Origin: Actinomycetota bacterium
Lineage (GTDB): Bacteria; Actinomycetota; CADDZG01; JAHWKV01; JAOPZY01
Length of the DNA: 46,449 bases
Assembly: GCA_025963875.1 (NCBI GenBank)
Contig: JAOPZY010000109.1
Span: 1-46,449, forward strand
Direction of reading: 5' to 3'
The notes beneath the pieces were generated by a model that was not told the origin of the DNA, searched no databases, and was given only the letters and a program-made list of their open reading frames with translations. Made by a program: the position numbers and the translations under genes. Of the stretch, positions 1 through 9,211 are shown piece by piece. Each line of letters opens with the position of its first letter. The stretch's first letter is position 1.

Positions 1-2
1 TC

Positions 3-533
3 GGCAGCCGGCCCGACGTCAGCGCCGTCTACCTGGTCGGGTACAGCAACGGCGGCCGGATGGCCTACGACATCGTCTGCGCCCACCCCAAGCTGGTGTC
101 CTCGTTCGTCGTGGTCGCCGCCGTCCCGGTGATCGCCTGCACCCCCGGGGCGCCGGTCTCCCTCCTCGAGATGGTGGGCACGGTGGACCCGATCCTCGCC
201 TACGACTCCTCGTCGCCACGGCGCCACATCAACGGGTACCCGGAGCCGACCGTCACCGACCAGGTGGGCCTGTGGCGCAAGCGCGACGGCTGCTCCGCCG
301 TGGTCTCCACGCAGACGACGGGCACGTTCCGCCTCCAGGCCTGGTCCCACTGCAACGCCGGCTCCGTCGTGGCCTTGGGGACGTACCAGGGCGCCGGCCA
401 TGCCTGGCCGGCCGGCGGCGGCGGCGTCCCGTCGGGGGGCGACGTCCTGTGGCGGTTCCTCACGGCCCCGCGGGACACGACGCCCGTCCCCCAGAGCCCG
501 ACCCCACCCTCACGCCTGCCGACGAAGACCTAG
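3..533 (+). CDS. Alpha/beta hydrolase, PHB-depolymerase/LpqC-like esterase (5' truncated by window edge)
   Basis: Frame open from position 3. Nucleophile elbow VGYSNGGRMAY, putative Asp in GTVDP, His in GAGHAWP. Confidence 0.8.
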   Translation, partial: GSRPDVSAVYLVGYSNGGRMAYDIVCAHPKLVSSFVVVAAVPVIACTPGAPVSLLEMVGTVDPILAYDSSSPRRHINGYPEPTVTDQVGLWRKRDGCSAVVSTQTTGTFRLQAWSHCNAGSVVALGTYQGAGHAWPAGGGGVPSGGDVLWRFLTAPRDTTPVPQSPTPPSRLPTKT

Positions 534-548
534 GCCCGACCCGGGAAC

Positions 549-597
549 CTAGATTGCGTCAAAAAGGGCCGTGAGCACACTTTTTGACGGAAACTAG
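549..597. repeat. Imperfect AT-rich inverted repeat between convergent genes (REP-like or bidirectional terminator)
   Basis: CTAGATTGCGTCAAAAAG-N13-CTTTTTGACGGAAACTAG; 16 of 18 arm positions pair. Confidence 0.65.
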
Positions 598-607
598 CTC
601 GTTGGCA

Positions 608-1279
608 CTATTCAATGCCCTCCAGTACCTCGGGCGTCAGGGCGTCCAGGCTGTCCAGGCGCACCGAGGCGAGGGCCAGGGCCTCCGGGTCCGGCGGGTA
701 GGCGGACTGCGGGATGGCGACAACCCGGTACCCCGCCGCCGAAGCCGAACGCAGCCCGTTGCTCGAGTCCTCGATCGCCACCGACGACGTCGGGTCGACA
801 CCCAGGCGCGAAGCGGCGAGGAGGTACACGTCGGGAGCGGGCTTGCCGTTGGCCACCTCGTCGCTCGACGCCACGGCCCCGAACGCTTCGGCCAGCCCGG
901 CCCGCTCCAGCACCATGTGGATGATCGCCGGCGGCGACGAGCTGGCCACACCGAGCGGCCACCGGCCCCCCATCCGCCGGACCGCCTCCACCGCCCCCGG
1001 AATGAGCGGCAGGTCCCGGGCGTAGCGCTCGTTCATCCGCTCGATGACCCCCTGGGCCACCTCGTCCGGCGCCATTCGCACCCCGAGCTCCTGGCTCAGG
1101 TAGCGAGCCCACTCGCCGGTGCTCATCCCCATGAGCCTGCGCTGGGCGTCGGGCATCCACCGTCCCCCTCCCTCCGCGACGAAGGCGCGCCGCACCTCCT
1201 CCCACACGCCTTCGGAGTCGACGAGCACGCCGTCGAGGTCGAACACCACAGAGGCGATCACGGGCAGGGAGTTTGGCAC
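608..1279 (-). CDS. HAD-IA family phosphatase/hydrolase
   Basis: Motif I FDLDGVLVDSE, ASSS, GKPAPDVY, IEDSSNG. GTG at 1279 follows AAGGA closely, so the start is uncertain. Confidence 0.9.
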   Translation of the reverse strand: MPNSLPVIASVVFDLDGVLVDSEGVWEEVRRAFVAEGGGRWMPDAQRRLMGMSTGEWARYLSQELGVRMAPDEVAQGVIERMNERYARDLPLIPGAVEAVRRMGGRWPLGVASSSPPAIIHMVLERAGLAEAFGAVASSDEVANGKPAPDVYLLAASRLGVDPTSSVAIEDSSNGLRSASAAGYRVVAIPQSAYPPDPEALALASVRLDSLDALTPEVLEGIE

Positions 1280-1361
1280 ATCCTTAATCCGGGGCCGCCG
1301 TCGAGTCGCGTGGTAAAAGATTTCACTGGCCTGCCCCGCCCGCACTCAGGAGGAGATCGGC

Positions 1362-2573
1362 ATGGCTGAGATCACCGTCTACGGGGCCCCCTGGTGCCCT
1401 GACAGCCGTCGGACCAAACGCTTCCTCGGCGAGGCGCGGATGGACTTCGAGTGGGTCGACGTCACGGAGGACCCCGACGCCGCCGCCTTCGTGCGGCGCC
1501 AGAGTGCCGGCAAGCTCGCCATCCCCACGGTCGTCCTCGGCAACGGCCTCGTCCTGGTGGCCCCCTCGCCCGCGGAGCTCGGCGCCAAGCTCGGCATCGA
1601 GGCGCCGGCCGCCCGCCGGTTCTTCGACCTGATCATCGTCGGGGCCGGCCCGTCCGGTCTCACCGCCGCGCTGCACGCCATCAGGGAAGGGATGCACTGC
1701 CTGGTCATCGAGCGTGCGGGCCCGGGGGGGCAGGCGGCGATGACCCCCCGCCTGATGGGCAGCCCCGGATTCCCCGAGGGCACCAGCGGCGCCGAGGTCG
1801 AGGAGCGCCTGGTGGCCCAGGCCCATCGCTACGGTCTCCGGATCCTGCGCGGCGTGGGCGTGTCCGCGCTGAGCCGGGTTGACGGCTACCTGGTGGCGGT
1901 CACCGACGACGGGGAGGAGTTCACCGCCCGCTCGGTGCTGATCGCCACGGGAGCGGCGTACGAGACGTTGGGCGTCGCCGGCGAGGAGGAGCTCCGCGGC
2001 GCGGGCGTCCATTTCTGTGCGAGCTGCGACGGCCCCTTCTACCGAAAGGCCGAGGAGTTGATGGTGGTCGGCGCGGGGGACCTCGGCGTCCAGGAGGCGC
2101 TGTTCCTCACGCAGTTTGCCGGGAAGGTCCGGGTGCTCGAGTACAACTCCCAGATCCAGGCCTCTCCGCTGCTCCAGGAGAAGCTGCGCCGCCATCCCAA
2201 GATCGCGTTCTACACGTCGACCGAGGTTGTGGAGTTGGTGACCGGGGAGGACGGGAAGCTCGCCGAGGCAGTGGTCCGGGACCGCACCACGGGCTATGTC
2301 TTCTCCTTCAATCCCTCGGCGGTCTTCGTCTACGCCGGCTCGAGTCCCAACTCCGACGTCTTCAAGGGGACCGTGGACCTCGACGAGGCGGGCTTCGTCA
2401 TCACCGACGGCAGCTTCGAGACCTCCATGCCCGGGGTATTTGCAGCCGGAGACGTGCGGGCGGGGAGCACGAAGCAACTCGGCTCAGCGCTCGGCGAGGG
2501 AATTGTCGCGGTGATGATGATCCGCCAGTACCTCCAGGAGTTGGGCGACCTCGCTGTGAGGCCGTCGGCCTAA
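1362..2573 (+). CDS. Glutaredoxin-like domain fused to thioredoxin-disulfide reductase-like flavoprotein
   Basis: N-terminal YGAPWCPDS...IPTV; GAGPSG FAD motif; VHFCASCDG redox motif; TSMPGVFAAGD; RBS AGGAGGAG. Confidence 0.88.
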   Translation: MAEITVYGAPWCPDSRRTKRFLGEARMDFEWVDVTEDPDAAAFVRRQSAGKLAIPTVVLGNGLVLVAPSPAELGAKLGIEAPAARRFFDLIIVGAGPSGLTAALHAIREGMHCLVIERAGPGGQAAMTPRLMGSPGFPEGTSGAEVEERLVAQAHRYGLRILRGVGVSALSRVDGYLVAVTDDGEEFTARSVLIATGAAYETLGVAGEEELRGAGVHFCASCDGPFYRKAEELMVVGAGDLGVQEALFLTQFAGKVRVLEYNSQIQASPLLQEKLRRHPKIAFYTSTEVVELVTGEDGKLAEAVVRDRTTGYVFSFNPSAVFVYAGSSPNSDVFKGTVDLDEAGFVITDGSFETSMPGVFAAGDVRAGSTKQLGSALGEGIVAVMMIRQYLQELGDLAVRPSA

Positions 2574-2608
2574 GAGGCGCCCCTCAAGGCGCCGGGTCAT
2601 AAAAAGAG

Positions 2609-2692
2609 CTATGAGCTGATGTAGTAGATCACGAAGACCAGCATGAGGATTCCGAGGATCACCGCAGGAATCCAGAGCGTCGCTGTCGTCAC
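2609..2692 (-). CDS. Putative 27-aa single-pass membrane peptide (not in ORF track)
   Basis: GTG start, MTTATLWIPAVILGILMLVFVIYYISS*. GGGGGGTG RBS 8 nt upstream; GC3-rich codons. Confidence 0.55.
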   Translation of the reverse strand: MTTATLWIPAVILGILMLVFVIYYISS

Positions 2693-2896
2693 GTTTGTTT
2701 CACCCCCCGTCTCGGACCGCGCCCGATGCGTCAGTCTGCGCGCATTCTTTCACTAAGGACCCGGCGCCTGTCTATGAACCGCGGCAAGTGCCGTTTTGTC
2801 GGACTAGGTAATAGATGAGCCGATAGGACTATGTGAATCCACCCGTCCGACTCCTACCTTTCGTAGCACGACGAGGGGAATGAGAGGAGGGCTGCG

Positions 2897-3043
2897 GTGC
2901 TGGACGACGGGTGGACAGAGGAAGCAGACGACGAAACCGTCGGCAGGACCGAACAAGCTACCGACGCGGTGGTGACCGCAGCCATCGCGACCGTCATCAT
3001 GGTCATGATGGTGACGCTCCTGCTGGTGCACGCGCTGGCGTAA
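2897..3043 (+). CDS. Putative 48-aa protein with acidic N-terminus and C-terminal TM helix (not in ORF track)
   Basis: GAGAGGAGG RBS then GTG; MLDDGWTEEADDETVGRTEQATDAVVTAAIATVIMVMMVTLLLVHALA*; followed by hairpin CCGGGCC-TC-GGCCCGG. Confidence 0.55.
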   Translation: MLDDGWTEEADDETVGRTEQATDAVVTAAIATVIMVMMVTLLLVHALA

Positions 3044-3100
3044 GCCGGGCCTCGGCCCGGGCGGCAGTGGGAGGAACGCTCCAAGCACCAGGAGACGGGG

Positions 3101-4051
3101 ATGCCGCGCGCGAGGCCGATTGAGGGGGGAGGCACGCCGGTCCCGGCGCCCCAGAGCTACGCGCCGCTGCCGTCGCAGCCCTCTGCCCCCGTTGCCGGTT
3201 GGTACCGGGATCCGGGCGGCGCGCACCAGTACCGCTTCTGGAACGGCTACGCGTGGACCCCCGGCGTTGCAAACGGACAGTACGTCGGCCAGGACTTCTC
3301 GGCACCGCCGCCCACGCCGTGGTCGGCCGCCCAGGAACCCGACACCCGGGCGGAGCTGCCCCCGGTCGCCGCCGCCTACGCATTCGGCGGCATCGTGGCC
3401 GCCATCGCCCTCTCCTTCCTCGGCGCCCTCGTCGCCACCCTGGTCCTGCCGCACAGCCGTTTCCTGATCCTCGTCCTCAGTCAGGCCGGCCTGTGGACCG
3501 GCCTCGTTGGCGCGGCAGCGATCGTCAGCAGGAAGTTCGGGACCGGCAACATCTGGCGTGACTTCGGGGTGCGGTTCCGCGGCATGGACGTCGGGTGGGG
3601 TCTGCTCGTCTCCTTCGTTGCCCGCTTCGCCGGCTTCATCCTGCTCATCCCGCTGGTGATGATCGACCGGCGTCTCATCGGCAGCGACGTGGCCCCCTTG
3701 CGGGGAGCCCGGCACGACTCCTCGGTGCTGATTGCCGTCGTCCTGATGGTCGTCATCGGGGCGCCGTTCATCGAGGAGCTGTTCTTCCGTGGGCTGCTGC
3801 TGCGATCCCTGATGCCCGTCGCCGGCACCGCAGGCGCCATCGCCATCCAGGGCCTCGTGTTCGGCGCGCTGCACATGCGGCCGTCGTACGGCCTCGGCAA
3901 CGTCTCCATCTTCGTTGTCATCGCGGCGATGGGCATCATCCAGGGGGTCGTGGCGGAGCGGTTCCGCCGCCTTGGCCCCGGCATCGTCGCCCACGGGTTC
4001 TTCAACCTCTTCGCCCTGCTGCTGGCGCTGGCGCTCCACACCCTGCGCTGA
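3101..4051 (+). CDS. CPBP (Abi/CAAX) intramembrane metalloprotease with N-terminal DUF2510-like domain
   Basis: AGWYRDPGG..RFWNG.AWT; EELFFRG, FGALH and HGFFN motifs; multiple TM segments; RBS AGGAG. Confidence 0.88.
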   Translation: MPRARPIEGGGTPVPAPQSYAPLPSQPSAPVAGWYRDPGGAHQYRFWNGYAWTPGVANGQYVGQDFSAPPPTPWSAAQEPDTRAELPPVAAAYAFGGIVAAIALSFLGALVATLVLPHSRFLILVLSQAGLWTGLVGAAAIVSRKFGTGNIWRDFGVRFRGMDVGWGLLVSFVARFAGFILLIPLVMIDRRLIGSDVAPLRGARHDSSVLIAVVLMVVIGAPFIEELFFRGLLLRSLMPVAGTAGAIAIQGLVFGALHMRPSYGLGNVSIFVVIAAMGIIQGVVAERFRRLGPGIVAHGFFNLFALLLALALHTLR

Positions 4052-4060
4052 TGAACGGGA

Positions 4061-4086
4061 GGTTTCCGGCCCCCGGCACCGGGAAG
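4061..4086 (+). promoter_or_regulatory. Putative SigF/SigB-type stress promoter
   Basis: GGTTT-N15-GGGAAG upstream of the small acidic ORF. Confidence 0.4.
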
Positions 4087-4124
4087 AACCAGGCCGACCA
4101 CGAAACAGACACAAGGAGGGCGAG

Positions 4125-4355
4125 ATGGCCGAACAACCAGAGATCCACAACATCGACGAGCCGCCCCAGGAGGAGGTCGAGAAGGAGCTCGACAAGGAGC
4201 CGGGCGACTCCCTGGAGCCCACGGTCGCCGGAGCGGCAGCGGCCAACGAGCGGCTCAAGGCCACCATCGACCAGTCGGCCGGCATGGGTGGCGACGACGA
4301 TGCTCTTGGTCTGGAGACCAAGATCATCGAGAAGGTCGTGGGCCACGAGGGCTAG
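4125..4355 (+). CDS. Small acidic hydrophilic hypothetical protein (76 aa)
   Basis: Strong RBS AAGGAGG before ATG 4125; typical codon usage; followed by a terminator hairpin. Confidence 0.75.
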   Translation: MAEQPEIHNIDEPPQEEVEKELDKEPGDSLEPTVAGAAAANERLKATIDQSAGMGGDDDALGLETKIIEKVVGHEG

Positions 4356-4370
4356 ACCGCCGGCAACGAC

Positions 4371-4397
4371 AAGCGCCGCCCTGAGGGCGGCGCTTTC
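4371..4397 (+). terminator. Intrinsic terminator
   Basis: AAGCGCCGCCC-TGA-GGGCGGCGCTT followed by TC. Confidence 0.7.
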
Positions 4398-4409
4398 GCG
4401 TCCTGGGCT

Positions 4410-4434
4410 GTTAGCGCGTGATGCGCATGGGTAT
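4410..4434 (+). promoter_or_regulatory. Putative SigF/SigB-type promoter for the YihY gene
   Basis: GTTA-N15-GGGTAT. Confidence 0.4.
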
Positions 4435-4465
4435 CTGACGGGCTACCAGGAGAGGGAAGGGGCGA

Positions 4466-5389
4466 ATGAAGGCGATCCAGGATGTGATGCGCAAGTTCGA
4501 TTCGATCCAGAAAAGCAACAGCTTCCTGGGGTTCGTGATCGGGGTCGTCAAGAAGTTTGGCGACGACCAGGCCGGCTACCTCGCTGCCCTCGTCGCCTAC
4601 TACGCCTTCTTCTCGCTGTTCCCCCTGCTGCTGGTCTTTACCACCGTCCTGGGGTTCGTCCTCCAGAACAACACACGCCTGCAGAACAAAATCATCACGA
4701 CGGTGCAGACCAAAGTCCCGATCCTCAAGTTCCTTGAGATCGGACACCTGAAGGGGAGTGGTGTCGCTCTGGCGATCGGTCTCGTGTTCGCCCTCCTGGC
4801 CGGGATCGGTGTCGTCCAGGCCCTCCAGTACGCCATGGACGAGGTCTGGGGCGTCCCCAAGCGCAAGCGGCCGAACTTCTTCATCTCCCGGCTGCGGGCC
4901 CTCATCATGCTGGCCGTCCTGGGCGCGGCGGCGCTGGCCGCGACCGCCCTGTCCGCCCTTCCCTTCGGCTTCCTGGGTTCGCTGCTGTTGAACATCGGCA
5001 TCGTGCTGGTGGCCTTCAAGATGCTGACCGTTGCCGACGTCACATGGCAGGACGTTGCCCCCGGGGCAGCCTTCGCCGGGGTTGCCCTGACGCTGCTCCA
5101 GACCTTCGGGGGCCTTCTCGTGAAACACACGCTGAAGAATGCTGGCCCGACGTACGGCAGCTTCGCCGTCGTGATCGGGCTCCTGTCGTTCATCTACCTC
5201 GTTGCCCAGCTCACCATCTACGGCGCCGAGATCAACGCGGTGAAGAAGAAACACCTCTGGCCACGCAGCCTCGTGGACGAGCCGACGCCGGGCGACCAGC
5301 AGGTCTTCACCCAGCGCGCCAAGATCGAGGAACGCCGCCCCGACGAGAACATCCGGGTGAGTTTCGACAAGTCGTCACGCCCGAGGTAG
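4466..5389 (+). CDS. YihY/virulence factor BrkB family membrane protein
   Basis: KFGDDQAGYLAALVAYYAFFSLFPLLL and TYGSFAVVIGLL...YGAEIN motifs. Confidence 0.9.
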   Translation: MKAIQDVMRKFDSIQKSNSFLGFVIGVVKKFGDDQAGYLAALVAYYAFFSLFPLLLVFTTVLGFVLQNNTRLQNKIITTVQTKVPILKFLEIGHLKGSGVALAIGLVFALLAGIGVVQALQYAMDEVWGVPKRKRPNFFISRLRALIMLAVLGAAALAATALSALPFGFLGSLLLNIGIVLVAFKMLTVADVTWQDVAPGAAFAGVALTLLQTFGGLLVKHTLKNAGPTYGSFAVVIGLLSFIYLVAQLTIYGAEINAVKKKHLWPRSLVDEPTPGDQQVFTQRAKIEERRPDENIRVSFDKSSRPR

Positions 5390-5431
5390 CCCCCTGACCC
5401 GGGCTCGAGGTCGTCTGGGTATCGTTCGGGG

Positions 5432-6007
5432 GTGAGCGTGGCCATGTCGGGGTTGGTGCTGGCCGGGGGCGCCAGCCGCCGGATGGGGAGGGACAAGGCG
5501 CAGATCGTCCTCGATGGTGAGCCGCTCGTCATGCGGGCGGTCCGGACGCTCGGCCAGGTGTGCACCGATGTCGTGGTGGCGTCGGGCGACGGCCACCGCC
5601 TCGATCACCTCGGCCTGCCCCAGGTGGCCGACGTCATCCCGGACGCCGGGCCGCTCGGGGGCATCGCCGCCGGCCTGGAGGCCGCCCGCCAGGACCTCGT
5701 CGCCGTGGTCGCCGTCGACATGCCCGCGGCCAGCCCCGCGGTGCTCGCGTTCCTCGCGGGGCTCTGGCAGGGCGAGGCTGCGGTGGTCCCGGTCGTCCAG
5801 GGCAGATGGGAGCCCCTGCACGCTGTCTGGGCACGGCCGGCCGGCCCGGGCATCGTCGCGTGCCTGCAGGCCGGGGACCGCAAGGTCGTGCGAGTGCTCG
5901 CCACGCTCGGTGTCCGGCTCGTGGATGAAAGGGAGTGGTCCGCCGCCGGGCCAACCGGAACCTTCGCCGCCAACCTCAATGTCCCCATGGACCTCTTCCG
6001 TGTCTGA
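5432..6007 (+). CDS. mobA: Molybdenum cofactor guanylyltransferase
   Basis: LAGGASRRMGRDKA, GPLGGI, AVDMP, EPLHAVW, NLN motifs. Start may be ATG 5444. Confidence 0.9.
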   Translation: MSVAMSGLVLAGGASRRMGRDKAQIVLDGEPLVMRAVRTLGQVCTDVVVASGDGHRLDHLGLPQVADVIPDAGPLGGIAAGLEAARQDLVAVVAVDMPAASPAVLAFLAGLWQGEAAVVPVVQGRWEPLHAVWARPAGPGIVACLQAGDRKVVRVLATLGVRLVDEREWSAAGPTGTFAANLNVPMDLFRV

Positions 6008-6845
6008 GCGCCCCGGCTCCTCCGTCCCCACCCGGGTCGTCGCCTTCGATGGGGCGGGGTCCCGCAACCGCTCCGACCGGCTCGCGACCGAGGAGCCGCT
6101 CGAGATCCGGCTCCTCGCCGGCCCGAGCCGTCACACCGCGGCGGTCACCATGCGGACCCCCGGCGCCGATTTCGAGCTTGCAGCCGGTTTCCTGCACGGC
6201 GAGGGCATCATCGCCGGAGCCGAGGACATCGCGGCCATGAGCTACTGCGCCGATCGCGGCGTCGACGGGGAGCAGCGCTTCAACATCGTGAACGTGGCGC
6301 TCGCGGCGCAGGTCGCTCCCGACCTGGCCCCCCTGGAACGGCACTTCCTCACCACCAGTGCCTGCGGGGTCTGCGGCAAGGCCAGCCTGGATGCGCTCCG
6401 GGTGCGCAGCGCCCCGCTCGCCGGTGCCGGCCCCCGGGTGGCACCGGGCACGTTGACGGGTCTGCCCGCCCGGCTCCGCGCCGCGCAGAGACTGTTCGAG
6501 GTCACCGGCGGGCTCCACGCTGCGGGGCTCTTCGACGCCGGCGGCAACCTCGTCGCCGTCCGCGAGGACGTGGGCCGGCACAACGCCGTCGACAAGCTTC
6601 TGGGATGGGCGCTCATGGCCGGCCGCCTGCCCCTCGCCGACTCCATCGTGCTGGTCAGCGGACGGGCAAGCTACGAGATCCTGCAGAAATGCCTCGCCGC
6701 AGCCGTCCCCGTCGTCTGCTCGGTGTCCGCCCCCAGCAGCCTGGCGGTCTCGCTCGCCGAGCAATTCGGGATGACGCTGGTGGGCTTCCTGCGGGGCGAC
6801 CGCTTCAACGTCTACGCGGGAGCCGGCCGGGTCGCCGCTCCCTGA
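6000..6845 (+). CDS. fdhD: Formate dehydrogenase accessory sulfurtransferase FdhD
   Basis: EEPLEI, TMRTPG, SACGVCG, TGGLHAA, EDVGRHNAVDK, SAPSSLA. GTG 6000 overlaps the end of mobA. Confidence 0.93.
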   Translation: MSERPGSSVPTRVVAFDGAGSRNRSDRLATEEPLEIRLLAGPSRHTAAVTMRTPGADFELAAGFLHGEGIIAGAEDIAAMSYCADRGVDGEQRFNIVNVALAAQVAPDLAPLERHFLTTSACGVCGKASLDALRVRSAPLAGAGPRVAPGTLTGLPARLRAAQRLFEVTGGLHAAGLFDAGGNLVAVREDVGRHNAVDKLLGWALMAGRLPLADSIVLVSGRASYEILQKCLAAAVPVVCSVSAPSSLAVSLAEQFGMTLVGFLRGDRFNVYAGAGRVAAP

Positions 6846-6849
6846 AACC

Positions 6850-9096
6850 TTAAGAGCCGCTGGCGGCGTCCCGCTCGATCGCGAGGCGGGTGAGGTCCAC
6901 CCGGGAGTCGATCTGGAGCTTGCGGAAGATCTGCCGGAGATGGAAGTCGATGGTGTGGGGCGACAGGAACATCTGCTCCGCCGCCTTCCGGTTGGTGAGG
7001 CCCTGCGCCACCAGGTCCGACACTGCACGCTCGGTCTCGGTCAGGCTGTCCCACCCGGAAACGGGCCGCTCCCGGCGCCGCCAGTGGCAGTGCCGCACGC
7101 CCATGGTGCGCAGCAGTGAACGCACGCGGGCCACGTCGTGCTCGGCCCCCAGCTCCTGGTAGGCGTTGAGCGCACGATCCAGGTGGAGATGTGCGGCGGC
7201 AGGGTCGTTGCGGTTCGACACCATCACCCCCGCGTCCTCGGTGGCCCGAGCCCTCGCCCAGGGACGGCGATGGGCAGTTGCGGCGCTGAGGAGCACGTCG
7301 ACGTCGCCCGTCAGCAGGCCTCGGGCATGGTCGGCCGCGGCGACGAGCGACGGGAGTTCCGGATTGTCGGCGGCCAGTTCGTCCGCACAGCGCGCGGACC
7401 GTTCTGCCACGGGCCGCTCGCCCGCGTCCAGCGCTGCCCTCACCGCCCAGGCAGCCGCCGTGGGGTCTTCGAGTTGGAGGCGCTTCCAGGACGTCACGTC
7501 CTCCATGGCGGCCATTTCCGCAACGACGGCAGCACAGCCCTCCGTTGCCTCCTGCACCTGCAACGCGGGCAGGACGCCGAGCCGCAGGCCGAAGACGCTC
7601 CAGTGGTACGAGCCACTCCCCCCGGCTGGCTGGACCTGGTCTGCGGCTCCGTGATGGTTGCCCTGGTGGAGCGCCACCGCTGCCAGGACCGAACGGGCTG
7701 CCGGCGCGAACAGCGTCGTCCGCAACTCTTCGGCCAGCGCCATGCCCTCCTCGGCGCCGGCTCTCGCGGCCTCTGCGGCCCCAGAGGCCAACAGAAGCTG
7801 CGAGCGCAGGACCGACGCACCGGCGAGCCAGAGGCCTCGGCCCCGGACCTCCAGCGCTGCAGTCGCGGTCTTGAGGAGTGCATCCGCTTCTTCGTGCTCC
7901 CCGATGGCAGTCAGCATCGAGGCGAGGAGAAGTTGGGGGATGGTCGTGCAGGGGGATTCGGGGTCCCGTCCGGCCCGCTCCGCGGCGGCTCGAGCCATAT
8001 CGATGGCATGCGCCGGCCGCCCCTCGTTCCAGTCCAGAACCGCGAGGGTGGTGAGCGCACCGGCAAGGGCCACATCCCCGTTCGACCGGCCGCTGCCTGC
8101 GAGCACCGACAGGGCCCGTTCCCGTGCGTCGCCGAAGGACTCCTGGGCCAGGAGACCGAGCTGGATCTGGAGCTCCGCGGCACCGTAGATCGTGTCGGGG
8201 AGCCCGCCGGTGCGGATCACGATTGCCAGCTCCTCGACGGACTCCGCGCCCAGGCCGTGGGCCAGGAGGTTCGATGCCACCCGAAGGCGGAGCTCTGCCG
8301 CCGCGAGGCCGGGCACCTGGCCGTCGGCGATGCCACGCCGTGCGAGTTCCAGGGCCTCCTCAGGCCGTTCCGCTGCGACGAGGGCATCCACCGTGGAGAT
8401 CCGCCGGGTCCAGCGGTGCGAGTCGGCGCCGTCGGTGAGGGCAAGCGCTCCGAGTGCCAGGTCCGCTGCCGCCTGGGCGAACCGGGGCATGAGCTCCTCT
8501 GTGGCCCGGTCCAGGTATGCCAGCGCCTGGTGGTCGCCGGGCCGCGTGCCCAGGATCAGGTGCACTGCGGCAACTGCGGGCGACCCGCCCCGGTCCAGCA
8601 GCTGCCTGCCGATGTGGCCGTGCAGGCCAACCCGCAGTGGCTCGGCCAGCCCCTCGTAGACCCCCCGCCGGAACTCCTCGTCGGCAAATTCGAACCGGCC
8701 GCGATCGGGTGTGAGGATGCCTTCCCGGATTACCTCCTCGACCGCCTGGAGCAGGTGACCGGCCGGCTGACCCAGGATGTCCGCCGCCTCGCTCACCGAG
8801 AACGAGCCGGCCATCATCGCGGCAACCTCCACCAGGCTGCGCGCCTGCGGCGAAAGCTCCCTCACCCTCGCGACGGGCTCGCTGCGTTCTTCCCTTCGAG
8901 CGAGGCTGTGTCCTTGCGTGACGGCCTGGTTGCCCAGCCGCTCCAGAACGACGACCTCTGCGCTCTCCACCCCCTCGAGCTTGGTGAGATCGACCGTGAG
9001 GCGGCCTAGCTGGACGGGCGGCGCCGCGTCGCCCAACGTGAGCACGTCCCTCGACGGGTCCTTGCTGAGTGCCGGATCGGCTTGGGTGAGTGCCAT
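6850..9096 (-). CDS. Large LuxR-family regulator (helical repeats plus C-terminal HTH; no obvious ATPase domain)
   Basis: C-terminal GWDSLTETE...GLTNR..AEQMFLSPHTIDFHLRQIFRKL. ATG 9096 after AGAGGAG. Confidence 0.88.
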   Translation of the reverse strand: MALTQADPALSKDPSRDVLTLGDAAPPVQLGRLTVDLTKLEGVESAEVVVLERLGNQAVTQGHSLARREERSEPVARVRELSPQARSLVEVAAMMAGSFSVSEAADILGQPAGHLLQAVEEVIREGILTPDRGRFEFADEEFRRGVYEGLAEPLRVGLHGHIGRQLLDRGGSPAVAAVHLILGTRPGDHQALAYLDRATEELMPRFAQAAADLALGALALTDGADSHRWTRRISTVDALVAAERPEEALELARRGIADGQVPGLAAAELRLRVASNLLAHGLGAESVEELAIVIRTGGLPDTIYGAAELQIQLGLLAQESFGDARERALSVLAGSGRSNGDVALAGALTTLAVLDWNEGRPAHAIDMARAAAERAGRDPESPCTTIPQLLLASMLTAIGEHEEADALLKTATAALEVRGRGLWLAGASVLRSQLLLASGAAEAARAGAEEGMALAEELRTTLFAPAARSVLAAVALHQGNHHGAADQVQPAGGSGSYHWSVFGLRLGVLPALQVQEATEGCAAVVAEMAAMEDVTSWKRLQLEDPTAAAWAVRAALDAGERPVAERSARCADELAADNPELPSLVAAADHARGLLTGDVDVLLSAATAHRRPWARARATEDAGVMVSNRNDPAAAHLHLDRALNAYQELGAEHDVARVRSLLRTMGVRHCHWRRRERPVSGWDSLTETERAVSDLVAQGLTNRKAAEQMFLSPHTIDFHLRQIFRKLQIDSRVDLTRLAIERDAASGS

Positions 9097-9211
9097 GCTG
9101 CCACTCTCTCCTCTGGTCACCACTAGGCGCTAGGTCCCGCCAGGACATATTTGGTGCCCTGCGTTTGTGCGCAGGCGCACTGGACGCCCCAGCGCTACTC
9201 GGTCACGACTC

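Noticed and set aside
7138..9009. Long antisense or alternate-frame ORFs (e.g. 7138-9009, 9918-11888, 12251-14482, 15384-17141, 24107-26542, 36476-38749)
   Set aside because: Shadow ORFs of real genes in high-GC DNA; no recognisable motifs.
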